A DNA stretch of 64,000 bases from Mobula birostris (lineage: Eukaryota): positions 13,404,346 through 13,468,345 of the forward strand of contig NC_092390.1 of assembly GCF_030028105.1 (NCBI RefSeq), written 5' to 3'. Below are positions 24,010 through 37,100 of the stretch, in pieces (position 1 is the first letter of the stretch; the number at the start of each line of letters is the position of its first letter). Under the pieces are notes generated by a model. The model ran no database searches. It was not told where the DNA came from and saw nothing but the letters and a program-made list of their open reading frames with translations. A program made the position numbers and the translations under genes.

Positions 24010-24830
24010 TATGCAAACACGAGGAAATCTGCAGATGCTGGAATTTCAAGCAACACACATAAAAATTGCTGGTGAACGGAGCAGGCCAGGCAGCATCTAT
24101 AGGAACAGGTACAGTCGACGTTTCGGGCCAAGACCCTTCGTCAGGACTAACTGAAAGAAGAGATAATAAGAGATTTGAAAGTGGAAGGGGGAGGGTGAGA
24201 TCCGAAATGATAGAAGAAGACAGGAGGAGAAGGGATGGAGCCAAGAGCTGGACAGGTGATTGGCAAAAGGGATATGAGAGGATCATGGGACAGGAGGCCT
24301 AAGGAGAAAGAAAGGGGGAGGGGGGAAGCCCAGAGGATCGGCAAGGGGTATAGTGAGAGGGACAGAGGGAGAAAAAGGAGAGAGAGAGAGATAATAAATA
24401 AATAACGGATGGGGTACAAGGGGGAGGTGGGGCATTAACGGAAGTTTGAGAAGTCAACGTTCATGCCATCAGGTTGGAGGCTACCCAGACGGAATATAAG
24501 GTGTTGTTCCTCCAACCTGAGTGTGGCTTCATCTTTACAGTAGAGGAGGCCGTGGATAGACATGTCAGAATGGGAATGGGACATGGAATTAAAATGTGTG
24601 GCCACTGGGAGATCCTGCTTCTCTAGCGGACAGAGCGTAGGTGTTCAGTGAAACGGTCTCCCAGTCTGCATCGGGTCTTGCCAATATATAGAAGGCCGCA
24701 CTTGGAGCACCGGACGCAGTATATCACCCCAGCCGACTCACAGGTGAAGTGTCACCTCACCTGGAAGGACTGTCTGGGGCCCTGAATGGTGGTGAGGGAG
24801 GAAATGTAAGGGCATGTGTAGCACTTGTTC
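24010..24830 (-). mobile_element. Penelope-like element 3' part
   Basis: GIY-YIG remnant (GVIYCVRCSKCGLLYIGKT...LEEQHLIFRLGSLQPDGMN) plus pLTR with hammerhead. Confidence 0.85.
24113..24148 (-). ncRNA. Minimal type-I hammerhead ribozyme motif in a PLE
   Basis: agtc-CUGACGA-A-GGG-ucuugg-CCC-GAAA-C-GUC^gacu: full catalytic core, helix I (agtc/gact), helix II, and palindromic ACGU helix III. Confidence 0.75.
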
Positions 24831-27800
24831 CACTTATTTTATGGATTTTTCCTTCACATTTTTTGAACTTAAACTGGGAAAGCACCTACTCCAACAGTCT
24901 TGTTGATTGTCATTTGAATATGGCATTTGGCTGTTTGTCAATCTGGGGTGATGCTGAGATTAGTTTGCTGTTGACTGAAGTTCAAACTGCTCATGCCACA
25001 ATTGATGAGTAATTCAAAAACTCCCATCCAGTGGGTGCTATCTGCCTCTCTGTCCTTAATGACTTCACTTCTATTCTCAGCTCTTAGGGGGTGGCCCCTT
25101 GGGTGTTTAAAGCCTTGACAATGTTAAAGGATTTATGTATGTCATGGGTGTCAATGAGATGCTGGGCCTTTTATGTCCTGTCATGTTCCTTAGATGTTAA
25201 TTTTTCTTTTGTCTTCTATCTTTGACTGCTTGAGAACCAGTATTTTACTCTTTTTGCCACATTTTGCTCTCCAAGGAGCATCCCGCTATATAGGACAGAT
25301 AGGAAATGATTAATAGTCACAGTCCTAGAGATACAGAGCAAAAATAACTAAAGGGGAAGTCAACAATCGTGGATGAGTTTATAATAAAATATGTAAACAT
25401 GCTATAATATGTCAAATCTGATAATAATATCTTCCTTGGTTGATGGTCATTTTGAAAGTGTAAATTGCCCCTAGGCCACATTGCATATTAGTGTTAGTAG
25501 ACACAACACAGAACAGTACAGGCCCTTCGGCCTACAATGTTGTGCCAACATTTTAACCTACTCCAGGAGATTCTAACCCCTCCATCCCATATAGCCCTCT
25601 ATTTTTCTTTCGTCTATATGCTTTAAATCTCTTAAATGTCCCTAATATACCTTGCCCACTATTCCCATTGCTTTATTTCAAGTGGTGTGAACTCTATTGC
25701 AGCAAGCCACAGATTCCACGAGCATTTTGGGGAGTTATTCTATAATATTCCTCTTGAAGCAGTAGAATTCTATAGTAATTTCAAATTAAATTATGAAGCA
25801 AGACAATGTTTTCTTTGCTCTATTTAGTGACAACAACCTTAAAGCAACCATTTTTCCACAAATCCTGCACTAATCCATTTTATTCTCTCATTCCCATCAA
25901 CTACCACCTTCTCAGATTCTACCACTAACCCACATGCCAGTGCCAATCAACCTGCTAACTCATACGTGTGTGGGATGATGGAGGATTCCGAAGCACACAG
26001 TTTCGGAGAGTTGACTGGAGCTGTGAGGGAGAGACTGTACCAGCTGCTCACTGTCCCATCCGTTGAATTCATGTCTTCTCCTCTATAAATATAACATCCC
26101 AATGAGATTGGGAATCCTAGCCCAATACTGCACAGACTGGAGGAGGGGTGTTTGGGATAACTCTGGGAACTTTGTTCATTTTGGTAATAGCAAATGCAAA
26201 CAATGGGAAGGGAGCACCTCCTACTAAAACACCTGGCTGAGGTCAAGCCCATGAAGTGAGTGGGAGGAACAGGAATAAAGGTAAGACAATGAAAAGGATA
26301 AAATGGAACCAATAAAGGAGTGAGGAAAATAGGGCATGTAGGACAACAAATGAATTGGAAAAAGAGGACACAAGGAAAAAAATTAAGGTGAAGTTATTAC
26401 ATCTTATCAAAAACACTCAGCACCTGTGTGCTGGCTATTTAAAATGTCCCACGTTTCATTGTGCAAGTTAGTGAGGGAAAAAAATAGAATAAATGAAACG
26501 AAATTTTAAATTGTATGATATGCCGATGTAACTAGAAATAGGATGAGAAAGATTGAGTTTTAAATTGAAGAAAATTAAGAAATAAGAAAATGGTCAATGA
26601 CTAAAAGAAAAGTAAGGAAAATTTATAAGAGAAGAGGCTCAATAGAGTGAATCAGGTTGGAAAATGAAGTCGAAAAGTATGGTAGAAATTGAGACGTGTG
26701 TGAGGAATATGATCAAAAAAGAGGAAAATGAAGACAATTTACAATGCGAAAGGGCAAATGGGGAATAACTGGAGAGGAAATGGTCACAATAAGCCAAATT
26801 GACGATAAAAAAAAGTTGTGCAATGATTGTGGGTGGCAAAATTATGTGAAAGGGATCCTGTAGAAATCAAATTGTGAAAAGGGTCAAATAGGAAAATGAA
26901 ATGTTTAGATCAGTTAAATTTTGTTTTTTAAAAAAGCAGAAATGCAATGAGAGTTACACAAGAAAATGATAAAGAAGCAAAAATATTAATATATTAAGTG
27001 GGGTTATCAAGGTACAATGAAAAATATGTTTTGCATATCACCGTCACAACAGTGAGGAAGTTCAAGGTAAAAATAGCAAAATATGGAATAAAGTTACAGG
27101 AAAAAGTGCAGTACAGGCAGACAATAAGGTACAGGGCAGGGCAAGACAATAACAAGGTAGATTGTGAGATCAAAAGTCTATCTTATCATTCTAAGGAATC
27201 ATTCAATCTTATCATTCGATGGCTGTATAACAACGGGTTGGAAGCCATCCTTGAGTCATGTTTATAATTTAATAAAGTACAACTTATGTACATCAAGATT
27301 AACAGCAGTAGTTAGAATTAAGTTGATGAAACTCAAGTCGTGATTATATAATCTACATGTGAAAGTGATTAAAAATGTAAAGGAGAAATCTTTTATTTTT
27401 TTCCAGTCCTGTCCTGCTGAAGGGTCTCGGCCCAAAATGCCGACTGTACCCTTTTCCATAGATGCTGCCTAGCCTGCTGAATTCCTCCAGCATTTTGTGT
27501 GTGTTGCTAGGATTTCCAGCATCTATAAATTTTATCTTGCTTGTAAAGGAGAAAGAACCAGTTTTGCAACCTGCTGCATGTACAATAAGTGCTGTACAAA
27601 CTTGACTGCAGTGATCATAATGCTCTTTACAGCCTTGTAAATACTTTCAAGAGTTGTCTTCGGGGTATAAGGGAACATGTAAACCCGCCACCTTGAGAGC
27701 ATTCTGCAAGTAGTTTTGAATAATTTTCAGAAAGCAAATGAACTAACATTTCAATGGAAAGAAATCCATTGGATGAGAGGACTTTAGATATGGGGAGAGA

Positions 27801-28039
27801 TTGTATAGGCTGCATTAGCTTAGCCTGTAATGAAGGATGTTTTGCACTGAAAGGTGTACATACTTTTTTCCACGATTGACATGAATCTGCAAGCACTCTT
27901 AACACTTGATGTAAAACACAAAGGGTTTAATTTATATAATAGTTAAAGCTTGGAGTGTAATTTAACGATACATGTGTTGTGAAGCGCACAGAATGGGAAG
28001 AGGAATGTAAACTTCAACAGTAAAGGTTCTGGGTCAGAC

Positions 28040-28169
28040 TCGGATCGATGGTCCGTGAGGATAGGAATCGCGTCCCGGTGCAGCCACCGTACGAACAACA
28101 GCCTCTGGCCGAGCCCCTTTTGTGCATCAGCCAATCAGGACGCGGCATCAGATGCTCCGCGAAACTGCG
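28040..28169 (+). promoter_or_regulatory. EXOSC1 CpG-rich promoter / 5' UTR
   Basis: CpG cluster directly before the ATG; CCAAT box AGCCAATCAG at about 28129-28138. Confidence 0.7.
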
Positions 28170-28197
28170 ATGGCGCCGGTGAAGCTTTGTATCCCAG
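28170..28197 (+). CDS. EXOSC1: EXOSC1 exon 1 (MAPVKLCIP-G)
   Basis: ATG in good Kozak context (gcgATGg); donor G|GTAATT. Confidence 0.93.
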
Positions 28198-31100
28198 GTA
28201 ATTGCGGCCCTGGGGGCGTCAGAGGATCTGGGCGGGTGGATGGCCTCAGTAGCTGGGCTTTGGGGCGGGAGAATGTGGGGGATGTTATCGGAAGGGGGGG
28301 AGAGGGTGTATGGGAGATGTTACATGTGTATGTGTGGGGATGTGGCGTGGTTGGGGGGGAAGGAGTGATCAGGGGAGAGAATGATCAAGGGAGGAGTGAG
28401 ATCTAGTGCTGAGGATAGTTAAGGTGTTTTTGGATTCTTGTTGTTAGAAGATTGCATGCTTTCGGGCAGGTGGGGCTCGCCAACCAGAGTTGGCAGCTTT
28501 TCTAGAGGGAAAAATGATTTCAAAACTCTGCTGCTTTGCGGCTATGGGGAAGGTTTCGAGAGCAAACGCCAAGGAAAAATCCAGAGCTGGAGTCACTAAG
28601 GTTGGGTCCAACGTTGGCTGGCAACTCCTGTGACGCCGCTGGTGCCAAACCGTATCGGATTCTGCGGTTCCTTTGGATTCATTAGCTGCGTGGAGAGGGG
28701 AAGCTTGCTGCATGGGTAACGGCTTGCATCCCATAGCGTGCTGCCCTGGTTTGCATATCGACTGACGGCGACAATGTGGACAGCTAGGACGTAACATCCA
28801 TGGTGGACCCCGACCAACGGAGGCTTTCAATTAATGTATTAACGTGTGTAATCTCGTGTTGCATGCTTACAGGAGAGAGACTGTGCAGTATAGAAGACAG
28901 CACTCCTGGGGAAGGCACCTATTCCAGACACGGATACATTTTTGCGTCTTTAGCTGGATATGTGATGAAGAGAAATGATAATGGAATGGTGGGTAAGGCA
29001 AGTTGTCATCGATGCTGGCTCCGTTTGAGTACTCACTATGTGCAGTTTGTTCCTTGCTCATCCCTGCATTTTAGCTGCAGCACCAGAGGGAAGGTCCTGT
29101 GGCAGGTGAATCTCAGGGAAAGGCATATTGTTCACCAGTGCTAGTTTAAGAGGCTTTGCTACACTTATTACTAACCAAATCAGTAATTGGTTTTGTTGTT
29201 GTCACATGTGCAGAGATACAGTGAAAAACTTTGGTTTATTTATCTTCCAGAGATCTCATTCCAAACATAATTATATTAAGGTAGCTCAAAAGGAAGGTAA
29301 TACAAAATGCAGAATCTTTAAGAACTTAATTCAATTCCCCACTTGACACTTGATTCTGTCAGAAGGATATGGACTAAAACTCTTCTCAAGAAATTTGGTT
29401 GCATAATTAAAGTTTACTAGTTTTGAATGTGTTTATCAGATCAGAAACTAAATTGGGACTTTGACTGCCCTCTCATGGAGGTGGGGAATATTCCTCTTGA
29501 GTTATTTTCAAGAACAGTGCAAGAGCTTTTCCCTGGCCAATATTTCTTCCTTTCTCCATCTCCTCATCTTTACAGCAGGATCATCGTCACTGAGAAGCAC
29601 ATTATTTGAACACAGCATATGTTGTCTGTGTCAAATAATAACTCCACTTTAAAGTTCCTTGATTGTAAAGCACTTTAGTAATCTCTGGAGGCCATGAGAG
29701 TGTAACATAAACACCAGTTATTTGGTTTGATGCGGAGGAATAAAAGATAGAAATGTCCATTTCATGTAGGGTACAAATGAGTGAAGAAATCCTACCCCAG
29801 ACTTCCTGAGTTTAAAAGTTTCCCCTGGAGTTAATACAGTGAGAGTCAGTTGTACAGAAAGTTTGCAGTTGGCATGATTAATTTTTTTTGCATTTGTTAG
29901 GGCGACACGGTAGCTCTTACAGCTCCAGCAATCCACCTGCTAAGGACCAATTCCCGCAGCTGTCTGCAAGGTGTTTGTACATTCTCCCTGTGACCATGTG
30001 GGTTTCCTCTTCGTGCTCCAGTTTTCTCCCATGTTCCAAAGGTGAATGGATTAGGGATAGTGGGTTATGGCCATGCTGTATTGGCGCTGGAAGCATGGCA
30101 ACACTTGTGGGCTGCCCTCAGCACATCCTCGAATTGTGTTGGCAGTTGAAGTAAAACAATGCATTTCACAATGTTTCAGTATACATGCAACAAATAAGGA
30201 TAATCTTTTTAAAAGTCTCTCTTCGTTCCACTAACTATGGGGCATAACCCAGAGCACTAGCATGGAGGTTAACCCAGGATTGCTGATCTGGAAAAATTGC
30301 AAAATCTGATTTCAGTAATGGTGATCATAAAGCTACCAGATAGACATAAAACGCCTCCAATTCCCTCATGCCACCCAGGAAAGGAAATCTGCTGTTCCTA
30401 TCCATCATGTCTTCCATGCTTCTTCTGACCCAGTTTGAGCTGGACAATAAATGTAGCCTGATCATTGATGCCTATGTCCTGTGAACAAATAAGTATTCAA
30501 AATAGATCGTCCTCAACTTCACATGAGAGCACAGTGTGATCGTTCGCTGGGCAACATTCACAGCTGATGTTGCTGACTGTTGCTGCTTCCTTCATCAATG
30601 CTGCTGCTTGGCTGAGACTGAGCAGAGAGCGGCAGGTTTCATGATAAGTTGGTTGCAATTAGTAGGAAGTCGGGAGAAACTTCTATATCTGCAGTTTGGT
30701 CAGAGTGTTGAATTTGTAACAATGGAATAGTTGAAGTATTTAAAAATAAAAAAGGAAAACTGAATAAATAAATGTGTCATAGTGTAATACTGCACAAAAT
30801 AGGCCTTTCGGCGCAATTTGTACATACTGACTAAGCTATCCATTTTCCAGCGTTTGACCCATATCCATCTTAAATCAGGGGTTCCCAATATTTTTTTATG
30901 CCGTGGACTGTTATCGTTAACTGAGAGGTCCATGAACCCCGGGTTGGGAATTCCTGCTCTGAATCTTCCCTATCCATGAGGGAGAAAGGATAAGATACAC
31001 ATATAGACACAGCTAGCTGGATACAGTCCTATAGCCTTTGTCATAATTACATACAATTTTGCACTAATTCCAATTTGGTATTTGTAGGTGCCCATTATAT

Positions 31101-34100
31101 CAGTGGTTCGGGACTCAGAACCCCAGCTCCTACCAGAAGTTGGTGTTGTTGTAACGTGTAAGGTAAGGCTGTTTCAGATCTTCCCTTTGCAGCTTATGGC
31201 ACTGCTATATTTTCCGATATTATTGTCTTTACGGAGGTTGTGACAGTATATGCACACCAACTGTGTTTACTGTTAGAAAAGGCAGTAACCAAAGGAGGTA
31301 AACAGAGGGAGAGATGGGAATTTTGTTGGTATAAGAGACTGCTGGGATCTTGAGCAAAACATAGTCTGCTGGAAGAACTCTGCAGGTTGAGCAGCATCTG
31401 TGGGAGGCAAGGATGCTGCATTTTCAGCTGAAATGTTGACAGTTGCTTTCCTCATACCAATACTGCATGACCCACAGGGTTCTTCCAGCTGAGATTTTGT
31501 TGTTGTAATTTGGTTACAATGTTTAAAAGGGTGGTAGGTATAGATTAAGTACTAATCTCAAAAGGCAATTGGATTGGTACATGACAAGGTAAAATTTGGA
31601 GGGATAAGGGAAAAACATTGAAAAGTGGTTGTTGGAAAGCCCTTTCAACGAGCAAGTTCAATGGTCCAAAAGCAAAATTCTGAACCTTGAAATGACTAGG
31701 TAAATGAAGTACTGCTAAATCAACTGGCTGTACAAGAGAAAGTCAGAATATTCATACCCAGCACCACCATGTGGAGGCAACTAATCCCATTTCAACACAA
31801 AATACTCTGCAGGTGCTGGGGTCAAAGCAACACTCACAACATGCTGGAGGAACTCAGCAGGTCAGGCAGCATCCGTGGAAATGATGAGTCGACGTTTCGG
31901 GCCGGAATCCTTCATCAGGACTGAAGAGGGAAGGGGCAGAGGCCCTATAAAGAAGGTGGGGGGAGGGTGGGAAGGAGAAGGCTGGTGGGTTCCAGGTGAA
32001 AAATCAGTAAGGGGAAAGATAAAGGGGTGGGGGAGGGGAAGCAGAGAGGTGATAGGCTGGAAAGGTGAAGAAGGAATAGGGGAAAACACAATGGGTAGTA
32101 GAAGGAGGTGGAACCATGAGGGAGGTGATAGGCAGCTGGGGGAGGGGGCAGAGTGACATAGGGATAGAGGAAGGGAGGGGGAGGGAATTACCGGAAGTTG
32201 GAGAATTCAATGTTCATACCAAGGGGCTGGAGACTACCTAGACAGTATATGAGGTGTTGCTCCTCCAGCCTGAGATTAGCCTCATCATGGCGATAGAGGA
32301 GGCCATGTATGGACATATCCAAATGGGAATGGGAAGCAGAGTTGAAGTGGGTGACTACCGGGAGATCCTGTCTGTTGTGGCGGACGGAGCGGAGGTGCTC
32401 GACGAAGCGGTCCTCCAATCTGCGTCAGGTTTCACTGATGTAGAGGAGGCCGCACCGGATGCAATAGATGACCCCAACAGACTCAGAAGTGAAGTATTGC
32501 CTCACTTGGAAGGACTGTTTGGGGCCCTGAATGGTGGCAAGAGAGGAGGTGTAGGGACAGGTGTAGCACTTACGCTTACAGGGATAAGTGCCGGGTGGGA
32601 AATCCGTGGGGAAGGACCAATCCCTGCGGAAAGCGGAGAGGGGTGGAGAGGGAAAGATGTGCTTAGTGGTGGGGTCCTGTTGCAAGTGGCGGAAGTTGCG
32701 GAGGATAATGTGCTCGATCTGGAGGCTGGTGGGGTGGTAGGTGAGGACAAGGGGAACTCTGTCCCTGTTGTGGTGGCCCATTTCAAAATGCCCACTTTGA
32801 AGGTTTAAGTCACTCTGCTTAATCTCTCCATATTGGACAAGTTAGGAAATACAGTGGATTCTAGTTAATTGGGCTGTCGGTCAAACAGGGCAGCCGTTTA
32901 TTTGGGACAACTCTTTCTAAAAAAAAAACCCCAAAAAACTAATTGAGAAAATAGCCAGATTCCCTTCGTTTATTTGGAACGCTACGCCACTTAATTGGGA
33001 CAGGAGATTGTTGCTGAATGGTGTAGTGTCTCTAACAGCCCCACAAGTTCATTCGACTGAATGCTAGAATATGTTAGAGACATAGAAAACTTACAGCACA
33101 ATACAGGCCCTTTGGCGTTGATCATGTGGGTACTCAGAGGCTTTCTCCCAGGGCTCAAATGGCTAGCACGAGAGGGCATAGTTTTAAGTTGCTTTGAAGT
33201 AGGTACAGAGCAGATGTCGGGGTAAGTTTTTTTTATACAGAGAGTGGTGAGTGCATGGAATGGGCTGCTGGCAACGGTGGTGCAGGCAGATATGATAGGG
33301 TCTTTTAAGAGACTCCTGGATAGGTACATGGAGCTCAGAAAAATAGAGGGCTATGAGTAACCCTAGGTAATTTCTAAGGTGAGGACATGTTTGACACAGC
33401 TTTGTGGGCCGAAGGGCCTGTATTGTGCTGTAGGTTTTCTATGTTTCTAACATATTCTAATTAACATCAGTCGAATGACTTGTGTGGCCGTTAGACACTA
33501 CACTGTGCTTAGAGCAAACAGTTTTTAAAGCATCAGCGCCATGTATTTGTGTTCAAAAAGCAGTGAGCTTTTCTCTGATAGTTGGTGAGAAATGAGCAAT
33601 AAGACAATTCAGAACTGGTTTGCTCACCGTGATTTCAAGCATTAGGGATTAGTGATGCCAGAAAAAGCTGGGAGTGTAATTGAAATTATTTCACTCCTTC
33701 AACAAGTTAGGAACCACAGAAAATTTGAAGATATGAACAGTTACCTTGAATGTTACAAAGAAAATGAAGATTTGAAGCATGCGATTGTTGAAAGCATTGT
33801 ATGAAGATAGTCCATTATCTGCACTAGGATTTTGCACTGATTTTGTATATTTACAGTCAATCAAAAGAACAGCAGCGTACACTGAATGAATTCCTCCATT
33901 GACAAGTATTAATACAGTTTTGTAATATTTATGTAATATTGGTATCATTCTAATTTGTTCTGTATTTCATTCAATTACACAATTCACTACTCAATTAAAT
34001 AGTAGTCTGTCTTTTTTATACCTTTTTAACTATTTCCATGAAACTTCACTTGATTGGGGCAGCTGCTTAATTGGGCCAAAATGTATTGGTCCTGATGTGT

Positions 34101-37100
34101 CCCAATTAACCAGAATCCACTCTATCCATTGCAAGTATACTGTCTTGAGGTGGGAGGAACCAGGCTAGTTTACAATATTCCAGTACCCTTTTAATTTCTC
34201 AAATTCTCTTGCAATAAAGACTAACCTCCTGTTTGCTCCCTAATTACTTGCTGAACTTGTTAACATTCAAGAATTAATTTCTCTTCAAGTTGCACAGTGT
34301 CCTAACTTGGAGACAGATCACTGCATCTGTGTTGTCCCTGGGTCAGAATTTTATGAGTCACGAATTGATTGTTTTGTGACCACCATCTACTGGAGTCCAG
34401 AGGATTGAACATTAAATTCTGGCATTGCCAATGGGACTAATACCTCTTAGAAAATTACCTGTCATAAAATTAATTACCAGCCTATTATTTATGTGCTACT
34501 AACTGGACAGAGGCTGCCTCAGAACCACCTGTGTTATCTGCAATCTAGAACCTTAAACATGATGGCTAGTTTTCCATACACTGGATATATCTCAGATATG
34601 AAATTTTATACCAAGGCAGCCCCGCTTTGGAAGTATTGAATTTTACCTGCCTCCCTCCCCCCTCATACACTTTCTTTTCACGCACCAATCTTTCTAGTTA
34701 TCTGATCCTTTGTATTTTACTAAATTGCAGGAGTACGCTATGAGAGCTATGTCTGTGTTTTAACTCATTCCAGTGTATTCTTGTGCCTCTTTGTACAATT
34801 ATAACAATGTAAACCATTGTACCTTTCTGCCTAATGTGTTTCTCTCACCCCCTTTTAAACATTACTGTTTCTTTTGCCTCAATTATTCCCTGTGGTAGTA
34901 AGATCCACCTTATGGCTGCTCTTCAGGTGACTAAACTTATCCTGAGTTACTTAATTGGTGATTATTGCATATATTTCTTCTTCACAAATAGACAACAGTG
35001 GTTCATTCATCAAATCCTTGTGCCATTTTAGAAACATTCAAAGGGTCAAGAGAAAGAAGACCTGTTGATCTTTACTGATTGGGCATAACCTTGCAGCCCT
35101 GATGGCATCCATTTGAATTGTTCTTTCCATTCTCTCCAATGCTTGAAAATATGACCAAACGAATTTCACTGTTCAACATATTTTCTGCACTTATGAACAC
35201 AAGAGATTGTGCAGATACTAGAAATCTTGTGAGCAAAACACGCAAAGTGCGAGAGGAACTCAGCAGGTCAGGCAGCATCTATGCAGCAGAATGAACAGTT
35301 ATTTATTTCAGGCTGAGATACCCTGAAGAAGGATATTTCTAAAATGGCACAAGGATTTGATGGATGAAGACCAAAATATCGTCTGTTCATTTTCCTCCAT
35401 AGATGCTGCCTCTTTATTTTTCAACATTCACTGCTGGAACATTGAAGAAATAGACCACCTCAGAGGTCTCTGAAAACAAGGAAGCATCTCTGGCTGGTCT
35501 AGTGTCAACATGATAAGATGGGGTGCTCCTACTTGTACATGAGACCTGTGACTGTGCTCTGAGGCCAACTCACAGGCTTGCTTTGTGCCCTTCACGGTTG
35601 AAATTCTTTAAATTGGGTGGACACATCCCTCTGAAAAGTATAAACCTTAGTATTTCATGCATTGCTGTTATAATCAATAAACCACTGTAAGACTTAGCCA
35701 AGCGTTCCCATTATAAATACTAATGTTTTTTTTTGCTTTTGTTGTCAGGTAACCAGTATTAACCCACGATTTGCTAAAGTTCACATTTTATACGTACGAT
35801 CTACTCCGTTGAAAGGGGCTTTTAAAGGAACCATCAGGTAATGTTAAAGAGTCATTTGACTCTGTTGTATTAAACAAGAGGTTCTGAAGATGCTGGAAAT
35901 CTTGAGCAACACACACATAAAGGTACTCAACAAGTGGAGGGAAGGGTCTCAGCTGAAATTAAGTTTATGCTGCCTGACTTACTGAGTTCCTCTAGAATTG
36001 TGTGTGTGTGGCTGTGTTGTATACCTACTCTAGTAGGGTTGAAATCATTTGTCTATAAATTTGCTTTACATTTCCTCTTAGACTATTCACATGTCTGATT
36101 CCACGCTTTGTACACTAAGCCTGCTGATTGTCCACGTTTCTCCTTTTGATCTCTTTCATACTCTAGTTGAAGTAAGCTGCTCAGTTCCCAGAGACACCGC
36201 ACTTGTAATTCAGTAGCAAACGCACAGCTCTCCACTCTCCCCAGCATTCATTCAACTCCATAAGGCTTGTGTTTGGTCTGAAAGACAGTTCTAGTCCTGG
36301 GAAGATGTAGATATATAATTGCAGAGTTGTGCACTGTTTTGCATGTATTCCAGCACCCACTTGTTTCCGGTAGTCTGTGACCTCTTCCTATTTCTTCACA
36401 CTGTGTCGTGAAGAAATTAAACAATGGTGCCATGAGAATTACTCTCGGTTGGGGGTGGAAGTCGGTCAAGTTTTATCCAGGCGCACTTGCTCCAGGTCAC
36501 TGGCTTTCCCCACTGGTAGGCATCAGATAAGATCGTGTAAGATTATGAAGATCAAAGAGACAATAGTTGATGGCATCTGGAACACAAAAAGAACTCAGCA
36601 GGTCAGTCAGCATCTATAGATACAAAAGGTGTGAGTCAATGTTTCAGGTCAGGACCCCATACCAGGATCATGATCTGATACAGGGTCTTGACTTAAAAAG
36701 TCAGCTTATACCTTTTGCATCAGAGACTGGTATTGGTTTATTATGACCGCATATACCAAGATACAGTGGCACTGCAGTAGCGTAGCTGTTAGCATGACAC
36801 TGTTACAGCTCAGGGTGTTGCAGTTCAGAATTCAGTTCTGGTGTCCTCTGTAAGACATTTGTACATCCCTCCTGCAAGCATTGGGGTTTCCTCCGGGTGC
36901 TCTGGTTTCCTCCCAACTGTCCAAAGGTGTACCAGTTAGTAGGTTAATTGGTCATTGTAAATTATCCTATGACTGTTTTAGGGTTAAATAGGTGGCATGC
37001 TAACAGTGCAGCTCATTGGGCCAGAGGGCCCTGTTCTAAAGAGCTTGTCTTGCATACTGCTCACAAAGATAAAAACATGACACAGTGCATAGAGCTAAAA

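Noticed and set aside
28152-28169. Upstream in-frame ATG adding MLRETA to EXOSC1
   Set aside because: Weak Kozak context and only about 15 nt from the CCAAT box; homology starts at 28170.
32254-32808. 184-aa plus-strand ORF
   Set aside because: It is the antisense frame of the PLE ORF.
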